Origin: Mycobacterium tuberculosis H37Rv
GTDB taxonomy: Bacteria; Actinomycetota; Actinomycetes; Mycobacteriales; Mycobacteriaceae
Length of the DNA: 32,000 bases
Assembly (NCBI RefSeq): GCF_000195955.2
Contig: NC_000962.3
Location: forward strand, 2,700,001 to 2,732,000
Direction of reading: 5' to 3'
A program made the position numbers and the translations under genes. Under the pieces are notes generated by a model, which saw nothing but the letters and a program-made list of their open reading frames with translations, did no database searches and was not told the DNA's origin. This document shows positions 10,351-19,596 of this stretch, piece by piece. Numbering within the stretch: position 1 is the first letter of the stretch; the number at the start of each line of letters is the position of its first letter.

Positions 10351-11301
10351 TCATCGGCCGCGGTCGGCCACCAACTCGGCGACCTGCCGGACCGCGGATT
10401 CCAGCGCGTAGTCCGCATCCGCGACGGCGCCCTTGACGTTAGCATTGAGTTCGGCCACCAACCTCATCGCGGTCGCCACCGTGTCACGCGACCACCGCCG
10501 AGCCTGCTTCTGGGCTTTCTGCACCCGCCAGGGCGGCATCCCCAGTTGTGCGGCCAGGCGGTACGGGTCGCCGGACTGCGGCCCGACCCGGCCGATGGTG
10601 TGCACGGCTTCGGCGAGCGCATCGGCCAACACCACTAGCGGCTCACCGCGCATCATCGCCCACCGCAACGCTTCGGCAGCTCCCGCCACGTCGCCGGCTA
10701 CCGCCTTGTCGGCGATGTCGAAGCCCCTCACCTCGGCTTTGCCGCTGTGATAGCGCCGTACAGCGGCGGCGTCGACGGCTCCTCCGGTATCGGCGACCAG
10801 CTGTGAACAGGCCGAGGCGAGTTCGCGCACGTCGGAGCCGACGGCGTCCAGCAGGGCGGTCACGGTCTCGTCGTCGACCTTGACCCGCAGCGACGCGAAC
10901 TCGCTACGGATGAAGTCGGCGCGCTCACTGACCTTGGTGATCCGCGCGCACGGATGAACCTGCGCACCCATCGACCGCAGCTGGTTGGCCAGCGATTTGG
11001 CGCGCCCGCCACCCGAGTGGACCACTACCAGCACGGTGCCGGCCGGAAGATCGGCGGCGGCCGACTCGATTACCGCGGCAGCGTCCTTGCCCGCCTCCGC
11101 AGCGGCCCCCAGCACAACGATCCGCTCCTCGGCGAACAGTGACGGGCTCAGCAGTTCGGCGAGCTCATAGGCACCGACGTCACCCGCGCGCATTCGGCTC
11201 ACCGGGACGTCGGCTGTACCTGCCCGCTGCCGAGCCGAGCGCAACACGTCGGCCACCGCCCTTTCGACCAGCAGTTCTTCGTCTCCCAGGACCAGGTGCA
11301 A
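10351..11301 (-). CDS. holA: DNA polymerase III delta subunit
   Basis: [23 protein letters not shown]...[18 protein letters not shown]...VHTIGRVG...[17 protein letters not shown]. An upstream ATG at 11319 is also in frame. Confidence 0.9.
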
Positions 11302-11331
11302 CGGCTTAGCCTCGCTCACCCCACGATGGTG

Positions 11332-12876
11332 TCACGAAGGGCCGACCAGCCCGGACAGCGACCAGGCAAGCAGACATATGACGGCCACCGCCATCGTTTT
11401 GCACATGGCCGCGCGAAACCAGCGCCAGCGCCACTGCGCAACCGTGAACACGGTGGCGCCACCGACCAGCAGTACGCCGGGCAGACCTGCGGCCACCGGA
11501 ACGGTCGCCGCGGGCACACCCGACGCCCAATGCGCCACGCGCAACACCCACCACACTTCGGGCCCGGTGAACCGGATCAGCACCTGCGCGCCGGCCGGCC
11601 ACGGCACGACCAGCACGGCCGCAACGCTGCCCAGCACGGTGATCGGCGCGATCACGGCCGCCACCGCCAGATTGGCCACCACGGCCACCAGACTGACCCG
11701 GCCGGAGATGGCGGCCACCAGTGGCGCCGTCACCAGCTGCGCGGCCGCCGCGACTGCGAGGGCATCGGCCAGCACCTTCGGACATCCGCGGTCGACCAAG
11801 CGGCGTGACCAAACCGGCGCGATGACGACCAGTGCACCCGTGGCCGCCACGGACAGCGCGAAGCCGATGTCCACAGCAAGATGGGGAGCGGCAGCCAGCA
11901 AAACCAGCACGCTACCCGACAAAGCTGGAATCGCCTGCCGCCGGCGCGCAGACAGCATCCCCACGAGGGCAATGGCGCCCATCACAGCTGCCCGCAACAC
12001 GCTGGCCGTCGGCTGCACCAGGATGACGAATGCCACCAACGCGACGGCCGCGCACACCACGGCCGCACGCGGTCCGATCAACCGTGCCGAAACCAGCGCC
12101 GCCGCACACACGATCGTGACATTGGCCCCCGAGACCGCCGTCAAGTGCGTCAGGCCCGCCGCACGGAACTCGCGGCTGGTTAAGGCGGTGACCGTCGAGG
12201 TATCGCCGAGAACCAGGGCCGGCAACATCGTGGCCTGGTCAGCGGGCAGCACCTCACGAACCGCGGCCGCGAATCGATGGCGGACGATGTGAGCGGCGCG
12301 GTGTACCGGGCCGGCACGGCCCACGGTCGGCCGACCGGTCGCATTGAACACCGCGACCGTCAGGTCGTGACGCGCCGGGCGACTGATACGCGCGCGGAAC
12401 TGGACGGGCTGTCCGACCATCAGCTCGCCGAAGTCCAGCGCTCGCGCGAAAACCACTACCCGGCCGGATGTCTCGTCATCCCGCAGCCGTTGAACCGTCG
12501 CCCGGAACATCAACCGGCCCCGCCCCAGCGACACTGGGCTCTCGCTGGGGGTGACCGTGACCAGCGCGGAGGTGCCAAATGCCACGGTGATTGGGTGGCG
12601 ATCGACCGCCTCGGAGCGCAACGCGACCGCAAGCCCGTACCCCGCGCCCACCATACCGACCGCGACCAGGCCGGCGCTGATCGAACCCAGTCGCGGAGCG
12701 TGCCACGACCGGCGCGCCACACACCACCACAGTGCGCCGCCGCCGAGGGCCACCACGACGCAGCACAAGGCACACACGTTGCCGATCGGCCACACGATCC
12801 CGGCCGCCGTCACAATCCAGCTGACCAGCGCCGCCGGGACCAGGCGTACGTCCAAACGGGACGCGCCGAAGCCCAT
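11332..12876 (-). CDS. comEC: ComEC/Rec2-family membrane protein (competence domain)
   Basis: ...REFRAAGLTHLTAVSGANVTIV..., polytopic hydrophobic protein, next to comEA. Matches Rv2414c (514 aa). Confidence 0.9.
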   Translation of the reverse strand: MGFGASRLDVRLVPAALVSWIVTAAGIVWPIGNVCALCCVVVALGGGALWWCVARRSWHAPRLGSISAGLVAVGMVGAGYGLAVALRSEAVDRHPITVAFGTSALVTVTPSESPVSLGRGRLMFRATVQRLRDDETSGRVVVFARALDFGELMVGQPVQFRARISRPARHDLTVAVFNATGRPTVGRAGPVHRAAHIVRHRFAAAVREVLPADQATMLPALVLGDTSTVTALTSREFRAAGLTHLTAVSGANVTIVCAAALVSARLIGPRAAVVCAAVALVAFVILVQPTASVLRAAVMGAIALVGMLSARRRQAIPALSGSVLVLLAAAPHLAVDIGFALSVAATGALVVIAPVWSRRLVDRGCPKVLADALAVAAAAQLVTAPLVAAISGRVSLVAVVANLAVAAVIAPITVLGSVAAVLVVPWPAGAQVLIRFTGPEVWWVLRVAHWASGVPAATVPVAAGLPGVLLVGGATVFTVAQWRWRWFRAAMCKTMAVAVICLLAWSLSGLVGPS

Positions 12877-12890
12877 ATGGCGCACCGGTA

Positions 12891-13784
12891 TCAGACACGG
12901 ACCAGATTGCGCCGCTTGTCCAGCCGCGCCGGACCGATGCCGTCGACGTCGGCAAGCTGGTCGACGCTGGTGAACCTACCATTGCGCTGCCGCCACGCCA
13001 CAATCGCTGCGGCGGTGACCGGCCCGATGCCGGGCAGGGCGTCCAGCTGCTCCACGGTCGCAGTGTTGAGGTCGAGCACCTCAGCTGTCTTAGGAGCTGT
13101 CTTAGGGCCTGTCGTGGCTGTGCCCGAGGTACCCGCCGGTCCCGGCGTCCCCGCACCGACCGAGCTGCCCAGCACCCTCGGCTGTCCCGAGGGCGGAGCT
13201 AGCCCGACCACGATCTGCTCACCGTCACCAAGCTGCCGAGCCATGTTCAGTCCGACGGTGTCCGCGCCGTCTACCGCTCCGCCGGCGGCCTGTAGCGCAT
13301 CGGCGATCCGCGCGCCCGGCGCCAGGGTGACGAGTCCTGGGGTGTGCACCAGGCCAACCACGCTGACCACCACCGGCAGGCCGGAACGGTCCGGCGAGCC
13401 CGGGCTTGCCGACGACCTAGGGTTCGTCGGCGAAACCGGCTCTACCGGAGGAAGTTTGGCTGACATTACCGGCTCAGTCCGGTCGCGGATCAAGGTGAAT
13501 ACCGTCACCAGCACCGCGAGGGCGGCGATCACCGCCAATGCGACGGCGCCGGCACGGCCCGGATCTGCGCGTATCCTGTCCGCCCAACCTTGCCCACGGG
13601 AAGTGTCGGGAAGCCAGCGCGGCAGCAGCGAGTTCGGATCGTCGCGTGGCTCGTCGTGGTCTGGACCGTCGTCCGTTGGATCGTGTGGCTCCGGGTCTAA
13701 GTGTGCAGATGCGGCGTGCGAGTCGATATCCGGGACGGCACCGAGCCGCCTTTGCAGTCGCTCGGCGGGCAGTTCTGTTCGCAT
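12891..13784 (-). CDS. comEA: ComEA-like helix-hairpin-helix DNA-binding protein with SLBB domain
   Basis: VLVTVFTLIRD TM segment, VVSVVGLVHTPGLVTLAPGARIADALQAAGG (SLBB), and LDLNTATVEQLDALPGIGPVTAAAIVAWRQRNGRFTSVDQLADVDGIGPARLDKR (HhH). Confidence 0.92.
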   Translation of the reverse strand: MRTELPAERLQRRLGAVPDIDSHAASAHLDPEPHDPTDDGPDHDEPRDDPNSLLPRWLPDTSRGQGWADRIRADPGRAGAVALAVIAALAVLVTVFTLIRDRTEPVMSAKLPPVEPVSPTNPRSSASPGSPDRSGLPVVVSVVGLVHTPGLVTLAPGARIADALQAAGGAVDGADTVGLNMARQLGDGEQIVVGLAPPSGQPRVLGSSVGAGTPGPAGTSGTATTGPKTAPKTAEVLDLNTATVEQLDALPGIGPVTAAAIVAWRQRNGRFTSVDQLADVDGIGPARLDKRRNLVRV

Positions 13785-14123
13785 GGGCCGACCGCAGCTG
13801 CGGGGACCGCCAGAACCGGCGCGCACGACGGCGTCGCGCTGCCCTGCTGTGGATCAATCCGAGGCTGTGGACAAGCCGCTTTGGCGATGGATCAAGATGG
13901 GACAAACCGCGCCAACATCCCCGAACAACCAGCACCGGGCTGCGACGTCCATCCGGACTCGGCTCACCGCGATCGAGAGTGTACTCGGCAACGCGATCCG
14001 CGAGTGCTGAGCCGCGCGGCCGATCCCCATCCATGGCGTGTGGCGACCGAAGCCGGCGCGCAGCACGCGGGTCGCTGACCACGCCGAAAAGCCCGTCAGC
14101 CTAGCGCCGGCCTAGCACGGCCT

Positions 14124-15332
14124 TCAGAACTCGAACGCGGTCTGGACGGGAACATCACTGGCAAACGCCGCGTCGAGTCGACGAAGCAGCTGGGAATCTT
14201 TGGTGCGCAACCGGTTAGCGGCGGCTAACGTCGAAGCGCGGTGCGCTCCAAGGTAAAGGCTGCCCAGTACGTCCCGATCCATTTCGATCTCGGCTGCCGC
14301 ATCGGTCGGGGTACACCGCGCACGGCCGTCACCGATCTTGAGCGCGAACCGGCCGCCATCGGATACCTCGAGGACCGTGGAAAACTCGCCAACTTCGTGA
14401 GCGTAACCACGCGCCTCGAGTGCGGCCGGTACGTTCATGATGCGCAACCACAGGCCGTCCTGGCGCCAGGTAGTGCGGGCCAGTCGGGTATCGGTGAGCA
14501 GGTGGGGTAACGGGTCCTGTGGATGGGTGATGATGCTGATTCGCTCCATGGAGTCGAGGCCAATCAGGGCCCGCCACAACGCACAATGCGCATCTGCGGT
14601 TACCGCCCTGAGTTCGCTGACGCGCGCTAGCTTGAGATCGGTGCGATCCACCCGGTACAGCGCGTACCCGTCGGGATGCAGTAACGCGAACGATTCACGG
14701 TCTCCACCGGGCGCGGCTTTGCATTCTGCCAGCAGCTCGTCCCAGAGCACCTGCGGGCGTAGCAGCCCGCCCGGCACCTGCTGGCGCCATCGCTCGTAGA
14801 TCGCCTCAAACTCGCCGCGATGCTCGGTGGGTCTGACCAACCGGACGCTGCTGCCACCTAGGCCGCCGCCCGGTGCGTCGGCGTGAAAGCGCGCGAAGCG
14901 TCGGTCGACCGTCAGCTCATGCAAGGTGGTAGCGGGCCCGTAGCCGAACCGGCCGTAGATGCCGCCCTCGCTAGCATGCAGTGCCGCGACCGGATAGCCG
15001 GAATCGGCTATGCGGCGGTGCAGTTCGGCGCACATCGCGCGCAGCAAGCCGCGCCGGCGATGCGTCGGCGCCACCGCGACGAAACTGAGACCGGCGGTCG
15101 GGAGCACCACTTCACCAGGCACCGTCAACCGCAGATCCATGTACAGCGCCATCCCGACCACCTCAGAACCCGGGCCGGCACCATCGCGGACCACCACCGC
15201 TCCGTCGGTGGGCACCAGGGTCCGCCAGGCGGTCGCTGATTCAGGGCCGATGAAATCGGTGAAACTGGCCGCGGCCAGTAGGAACATCCCCGGCCAGTCG
15301 TCCTCGGTCGGGCTACACAGGGTCACAGTCAC
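14124..15332 (-). CDS. eis: Enhanced intracellular survival protein, GNAT aminoglycoside/lysine acetyltransferase
   Basis: GTG start 15332; [39 protein letters not shown]...[16 protein letters not shown]...[17 protein letters not shown]. 402 aa. Confidence 0.98.
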
Positions 15333-15380
15333 AGAATCCGACTGTGGCATATGCCGCGGCCACGTGCACGTGAATATTAC
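15333..15380 (-). promoter_or_regulatory. eis: eis promoter / short leader, wild-type at known kanamycin-resistance positions
   Basis: Minus strand ...cgtaatattcacgtgcacgtggccgcggcatatgccacagtcggattct-GTG. A TAATAT -10-like box lies at 15374-15379. Bases at -10, -12, -14 and -37 are G, C, C and G. Confidence 0.8.
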
Positions 15381-15471
15381 GACGACAGTGTCTGGCAAAG
15401 GATCACGCGATGCGGGTAGCCCCGCCAGCGTGACGCCACTGCGAGAATCAGCGACGAATTTCGCCGTGACG

Positions 15472-16314
15472 TTACGCTGGCGGCGACGCTCCCACGTCGA
15501 CGCATACCCCGACGGCTCCGGCACCGACGTGCAGAGCAAGTACCGGTCCCATGGCGGTCACCATGGCCGGCTCACACGCCGGCAGCCGCTCCGCCAGCGC
15601 CGCCGCCACGTCGTTCGCAGCTGCCGGGTCGGCGACGTGATGCACCGCGAGAGCGGCGGGGCGGTCGCCGACAAGCTGGCAAACCCGGTCGATCATCACC
15701 GCCGTCGCGTTGCTCACAGTGCGAACCCGTTGGACCAGAACAAGTTTTCCGTCGTCGACTGACAGCAGCGGCTTGAGCGCCAGCGCGGTGCCCAACCATG
15801 CCTTGGCCCCACTGATGCGCCCGCTGCGGCGCAGATTGTCCAACCGCGCTACAGCGACGAACGCGTGAATCCGGCTTACCGCCGCAGCCGCTGCGCGCGC
15901 GACCGTATCCAGCTCATCGCCTGCGGCGGCTGCCCGCCCGGCCGCCAGTGCCGCGAAACCGACGCCCATCGCGGCCGACCTCGAGTCGATCACCCTAACG
16001 GCGGGACCTAGTTCCGCCGCGGTCAGCTCGGCGGCTCGAAAGGTACCCGACAGCGCCGACGAAATGTGCACCGCCACTACCCCGTCGCCGCCACTGTCCG
16101 CCAACGCCCGTTGGTAGGCGGCGGACAGCTCAACCGGGGTCGCCCCAGCGGTGGTGGCGTGGCGCTTGTGGATGTCATCGGGGATTTCGTCCACACCGTC
16201 GCGCAGGTCGAGGCCGTCAAGCAAGATATGCAGCGGGACCTGGCGGATCGACCACTGTTCGCGCAGGTCGGCCGGCAGTCGACACGACGTATCGGTCACC
16301 ACCACAACGGTCAC
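15472..16314 (-). CDS. DegV family (fatty-acid-binding) protein
   Basis: [39 protein letters not shown]...[41 protein letters not shown]. Matches Rv2417c. Confidence 0.93.
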   Translation of the reverse strand: MTVVVVTDTSCRLPADLREQWSIRQVPLHILLDGLDLRDGVDEIPDDIHKRHATTAGATPVELSAAYQRALADSGGDGVVAVHISSALSGTFRAAELTAAELGPAVRVIDSRSAAMGVGFAALAAGRAAAAGDELDTVARAAAAAVSRIHAFVAVARLDNLRRSGRISGAKAWLGTALALKPLLSVDDGKLVLVQRVRTVSNATAVMIDRVCQLVGDRPAALAVHHVADPAAANDVAAALAERLPACEPAMVTAMGPVLALHVGAGAVGVCVDVGASPPA

Positions 16315-16328
16315 CGGCGCCGCTCTCC

Positions 16329-16355
16329 CCCGCAAGCGGGAGGTGCCCCCACCTC
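16329..16355. repeat. Double hairpin in an intergenic region, candidate dispersed mycobacterial element
   Basis: cccgc-aa-gcggg (16329-16340) followed by gaggtg-cccc-cacctc (16340-16355). Confidence 0.5.
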
Positions 16356-16394
16356 ATCGCTTCGCTCTGCATCGTCGCCGGCGCGGGGCATGTC

Positions 16395-17138
16395 TCAGCC
16401 GCGCGATTTCTCGTTCGGCACCCCGGCTTCGGCCAGTGCCTTGAGCATCAGTTCGGCGACCGCCTGGTGGGCTTCAAAATTCCAGTGAATGCCATCACGA
16501 TTACCATATCCACTCAATATCTGTTCTGCGACAGCGGCTTTGAGATCAACTAGAGGAATGTCATGGTGCTGTGCCCATTCCGTGATCGCCGCCACCGTGC
16601 CTGCGCGGCCGTGATGGGCCTTGCCGTAGGTCTCGGCGATATGCACCGAGGGCAGCGATGCGATGATCGGTATGCCCGGACGATTGAAATCAATTGCACC
16701 ACGGGTCTTTTCAAGGTACTCAGCGGTCAGGTGCGGCGGCAACGCCGCACGGGCCACTGGCGACAGTCGCGGTTGAACCCAGGCGTAGCCGTCGCGGACC
16801 CACCGTCGCAGCCAAGACGGACGTACATAGCGGATGAGCTCACGCAGCGCCGTCGGTAATACCGACGGCAGCGAATCCATTCCGCCGGTCGCGAAGATCA
16901 CCGCTCCGGCCCTGGGTAACGCCGCCCAAGCGCGCGGATCCTGGGTTGCCGCCCACCAGACATCCCGACAGGTCCAGCCGATGCGGCCAATCAGCTCTAA
17001 ATCCCAATCTAGTTGGGAAGCAACAATATTGGGCCAGATACGGGGGTCATCGGCAGGCAGGCCGCCGGTGGGCCCGTAGTAGGCCAGCGAGTCAGCGAAG
17101 ACCAACAATGCGGGCCTGCGCCCGCGCCTAGAGGACAT
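16395..17138 (-). CDS. octT: SGNH-hydrolase-fold acyltransferase (OctT, diglucosylglycerate octanoyltransferase)
   Basis: [28 protein letters not shown]...[20 protein letters not shown], with GDSL-like block I and a C-terminal D-x-x-H. Matches Rv2418c. Confidence 0.85.
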   Translation of the reverse strand: MSSRRGRRPALLVFADSLAYYGPTGGLPADDPRIWPNIVASQLDWDLELIGRIGWTCRDVWWAATQDPRAWAALPRAGAVIFATGGMDSLPSVLPTALRELIRYVRPSWLRRWVRDGYAWVQPRLSPVARAALPPHLTAEYLEKTRGAIDFNRPGIPIIASLPSVHIAETYGKAHHGRAGTVAAITEWAQHHDIPLVDLKAAVAEQILSGYGNRDGIHWNFEAHQAVAELMLKALAEAGVPNEKSRG

Positions 17139-17799
17139 CGCTGGAGACCTGCGCCGAAGCATTCCACACATCAAGGCGCCACCGGATGCTCTCGAAGTCG
17201 GAGCCCGGGGCCCAATGGCCACTCAGCTGAGTCCAACTGGCATTGCCCATGCCGCCCAAAGCCGGCCAGTTGGCCACCGGCAACTTCAGCAGCGCCGCCG
17301 ACAACGCGGCGATCAGACCCCCATGGGCTACCAGCACCACCGGGCGATCCGGCTCGTCAGCGCCACCCCATTCCGGTTCGCTGGCAACCAACTCGGCAAC
17401 CAACGGCCGACTTCGGGCAGCCACGTCAACCCTGCTTTCCCCGCCGTGCGGCGCCCAGGTCGCATCCTCGCGCCAGGCCAACCGGGCGCCCGGGGCATCA
17501 GCGTCGATCTGAGCGTGGGTTAAGCCCTGCCAATCGCCAAGGTGAGTTTCCCGCAATCGGGTGTCGACCCGGACCACAAGGCCGGTGCGCTCGCCCAGCT
17601 TGACCGCCGTGTCATATGCGCGGCGCAGGTCCGACGATACGATCAGTAGCGGCTGCCGCTTGCCCAGCACCTCGGCGGCCGCGACCGCTTGGGTGCGGCC
17701 AAGTTCGCTCAACTCAGTGTCCAGCTGGCCCTGCATCCGGCTACCGACGTTGTAGTCCGTTTGTCCATGCCGCAGCATCACCAGTCGCCGCGCTCTCAT
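17128..17799 (-). CDS. gpgP: Histidine-phosphatase family glucosyl-3-phosphoglycerate phosphatase
   Basis: [37 protein letters not shown]... (RHG motif) ...[12 protein letters not shown]...[12 protein letters not shown]. Matches Rv2419c. Confidence 0.95.
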   Translation of the reverse strand: MRARRLVMLRHGQTDYNVGSRMQGQLDTELSELGRTQAVAAAEVLGKRQPLLIVSSDLRRAYDTAVKLGERTGLVVRVDTRLRETHLGDWQGLTHAQIDADAPGARLAWREDATWAPHGGESRVDVAARSRPLVAELVASEPEWGGADEPDRPVVLVAHGGLIAALSAALLKLPVANWPALGGMGNASWTQLSGHWAPGSDFESIRWRLDVWNASAQVSSDVL

Positions 17800-18176
17800 T
17801 GCGCACCCGCTGAGTTCGCCGATAAATCAACCGGCACCACCGGGCAGTCACCCCACAACCGGTCCAGGGCGTAGAAATTGCGGTCGTCCTGATGCTGGAT
17901 GTGCACCACGATGTCCCGGTAATCCAACAGCGTCCAGCGACCCTCGCGGGCACCCTCACGGCGGGCCGGCCGGTAACCCGCCTGTCGCATTTTCTCCTCG
18001 ACCTCATCGACGATGGCGTTGACCTGCCGCTCGTTGGAGCCCGAAGCAATGACGAAGCAGTCGGTGATGACCAGCTGCCCGGAGACATCGATGACCACGA
18101 CGTCATCGGCGAGCTTGGCGGCGGCCGCGCCGGCGGCCACCCTCGCCATGTCGATGGCTTCCCGGTTGGCGGTCAT
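17796..18176 (-). CDS. rsfS: Ribosomal silencing factor RsfS
   Basis: [87 protein letters not shown] is diagnostic. Confidence 0.97.
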   Translation of the reverse strand: MTANREAIDMARVAAGAAAAKLADDVVVIDVSGQLVITDCFVIASGSNERQVNAIVDEVEEKMRQAGYRPARREGAREGRWTLLDYRDIVVHIQHQDDRNFYALDRLWGDCPVVPVDLSANSAGAQ

Positions 18177-18832
18177 AGGCCATTCCCAGCGGCCAGGCTG
18201 GTCGTTGAACGCGCGCCCGCGTCGCAGGCGCCACAGTAGAGCCGGCACTTGGAGACATACTGCACGACGCCGTCGGGCATCAGGTACCACAGCGGCCGGG
18301 ACTGCTCGGCGCGCTGACGGCAGTCGGTCGACGAAATGGCCAGCGCCGGGATCTCGACCAGAGTCAACGCATCCTTGGCCAGCTGACCCAGCAGGCTAGT
18401 GATGTGTTCGTTGCGCAACTCGTAGCCGGGCCGGCTGACCCCCACGAACCGCGCCAATTCGAACAGCTCCTCCCAGCCCTGCCAGGACATTATGGAAGCT
18501 AGCGCATCGGCGCCGGTGGTGAAGTACAGCTCAGAGTCCGGGTGCAAAGCATGCAGATCGGCCAGCGTGTCCTTGGTGTAGGTGGGTCCGCCGCGGTCGA
18601 TGTCGACCCGGCTCACAGAGAATCGGGGATTGGAGGCGGTGGCGATCACCGTCATTAGGTAGCGGTGCTCGGCGGCGGAGACCTGTCGACCCTTTTGCCA
18701 GGGTTGCCCGCTGGGCACGAATACCACTTCGTCGAGATCGAACAGGTCGGCCACCTCGCTGGCGGCAACCAGGTGGCCGTAGTGGATGGGGTCGAACGTC
18801 CCACCCATGACTCCCAATCGACGCCCATGCAC
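18173..18832 (-). CDS. nadD: Nicotinate-nucleotide adenylyltransferase
   Basis: [29 protein letters not shown]...[31 protein letters not shown] 18832 precedes the [11 protein letters not shown] motif. The open frame extends to 18880. Confidence 0.96.
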   Translation of the reverse strand: MHGRRLGVMGGTFDPIHYGHLVAASEVADLFDLDEVVFVPSGQPWQKGRQVSAAEHRYLMTVIATASNPRFSVSRVDIDRGGPTYTKDTLADLHALHPDSELYFTTGADALASIMSWQGWEELFELARFVGVSRPGYELRNEHITSLLGQLAKDALTLVEIPALAISSTDCRQRAEQSRPLWYLMPDGVVQYVSKCRLYCGACDAGARSTTSLAAGNGL

Positions 18833-18894
18833 GATTGGCCAGCTTACTGGATTATCTTGCCGCAGTTCCGTTCGCGGCAACTGCCAGCCAGCCT

Positions 18895-19083
18895 AAGCGA
18901 GCAGCCATTGATAAGGCAGCACGATTGGTTATTCCTAAGCCTTTGCGTGATCATCTTGGTCTCGTTCCGGGTGAGGTCGAGGTCGTCGCCGACGGGGCGG
19001 GACTGGGTGTCGCGACCCTCGCCGGTGACTCCCTCGGCGAGCGGCATGGCCTACCGGTGATACCCGCGGGCAGTGCGGCGCGA
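18895..19083 (+). pseudogene. Remnant of AbrB/MazE-type (VapB-like) antitoxin
   Basis: Frame +: KRAAIDKAARLVIPKPLRDHLGLVPGEVEVVADGAGLGVATLAGDSLGERHGLPVIPAGSA has the AbrB swapped-hairpin signature. No ATG/GTG start sits just upstream, and the frame runs into non-homologous sequence. Confidence 0.75.
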
Positions 19084-19469
19084 TGCCGGCCAGCGTTAGC
19101 ACCGTGCTCGTGGACACGAGCGTCGCGGTCGCACCGGTGGTCGCCGATCACGACCACCACGAAGATACCTTTCAAGCGCTACGTGGCCGCACCCTCGGTC
19201 TGGCCGGGCACGCGGCTTTTGAACGCAGGACGCTGGCGACCGTGGCGAAGCTGCTTGCACACACATTCCCGGCGACCAGGTTCCTCGGCGCTGGGGCGGC
19301 GATGTCGCTGCTACCCGAACTCGCACCGGCCGAAATCGCCGGCGGAGCCGTCTAGGATGCGCTGATCGGTACGGCTGCCAACGAGCATCGGCTCCCCCTG
19401 GCAACCCGCGACCGGCAGGCGCTGAAGGTCTACCGCGCGCTCGCAATGGAAGCCGAGCTGCTGGCCTGA
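19083..19469 (+). pseudogene. PIN-domain (VapC-like) toxin interrupted by in-frame TAG at 19353-19355
   Basis: STVLVDTSVAVAPVVADHDHHEDTFQALRG..LGLAGHAAFE...LLAHTFPATRFLG...AEIAGGAV*DALIGTAANEHRLPLATRDRQALKVYRALAMEAELLA*. The same frame resumes PIN homology after the stop. Annotated part = Rv2422 (19083-19355). Confidence 0.85.
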
Positions 19470-19596
19470 GCGTCGCGGTTGCGCGGCCAATCACACCCGC
19501 GCCGCTGCCAGGCCAACGGCTGCCCAGCTGCCCGGTCCCTCACGTTTTTCACCCGATGTACCCGCAACGATCTACTCGGTCGTGTAGAAGGGGTCT

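Noticed and set aside
9186-10436. 416-aa + strand ORF over the ATP-grasp gene and rpsT
   Set aside because: Conflicts with the highly conserved ATP-grasp protein and overlaps rpsT in another frame; no homology recognised.
12277-14010. 577-aa + strand ORF across comEC/comEA
   Set aside because: Antisense shadow ORF typical of GC-rich DNA. It is opposite two well-supported genes and its low-complexity Thr/Ala/Arg-rich product has no recognised domain.
15333-15539. N-terminal extension of Eis in the open frame (471 aa version)
   Set aside because: The conserved protein starts at GTG 15332 ([12 protein letters not shown]), and the upstream part contains the known promoter.
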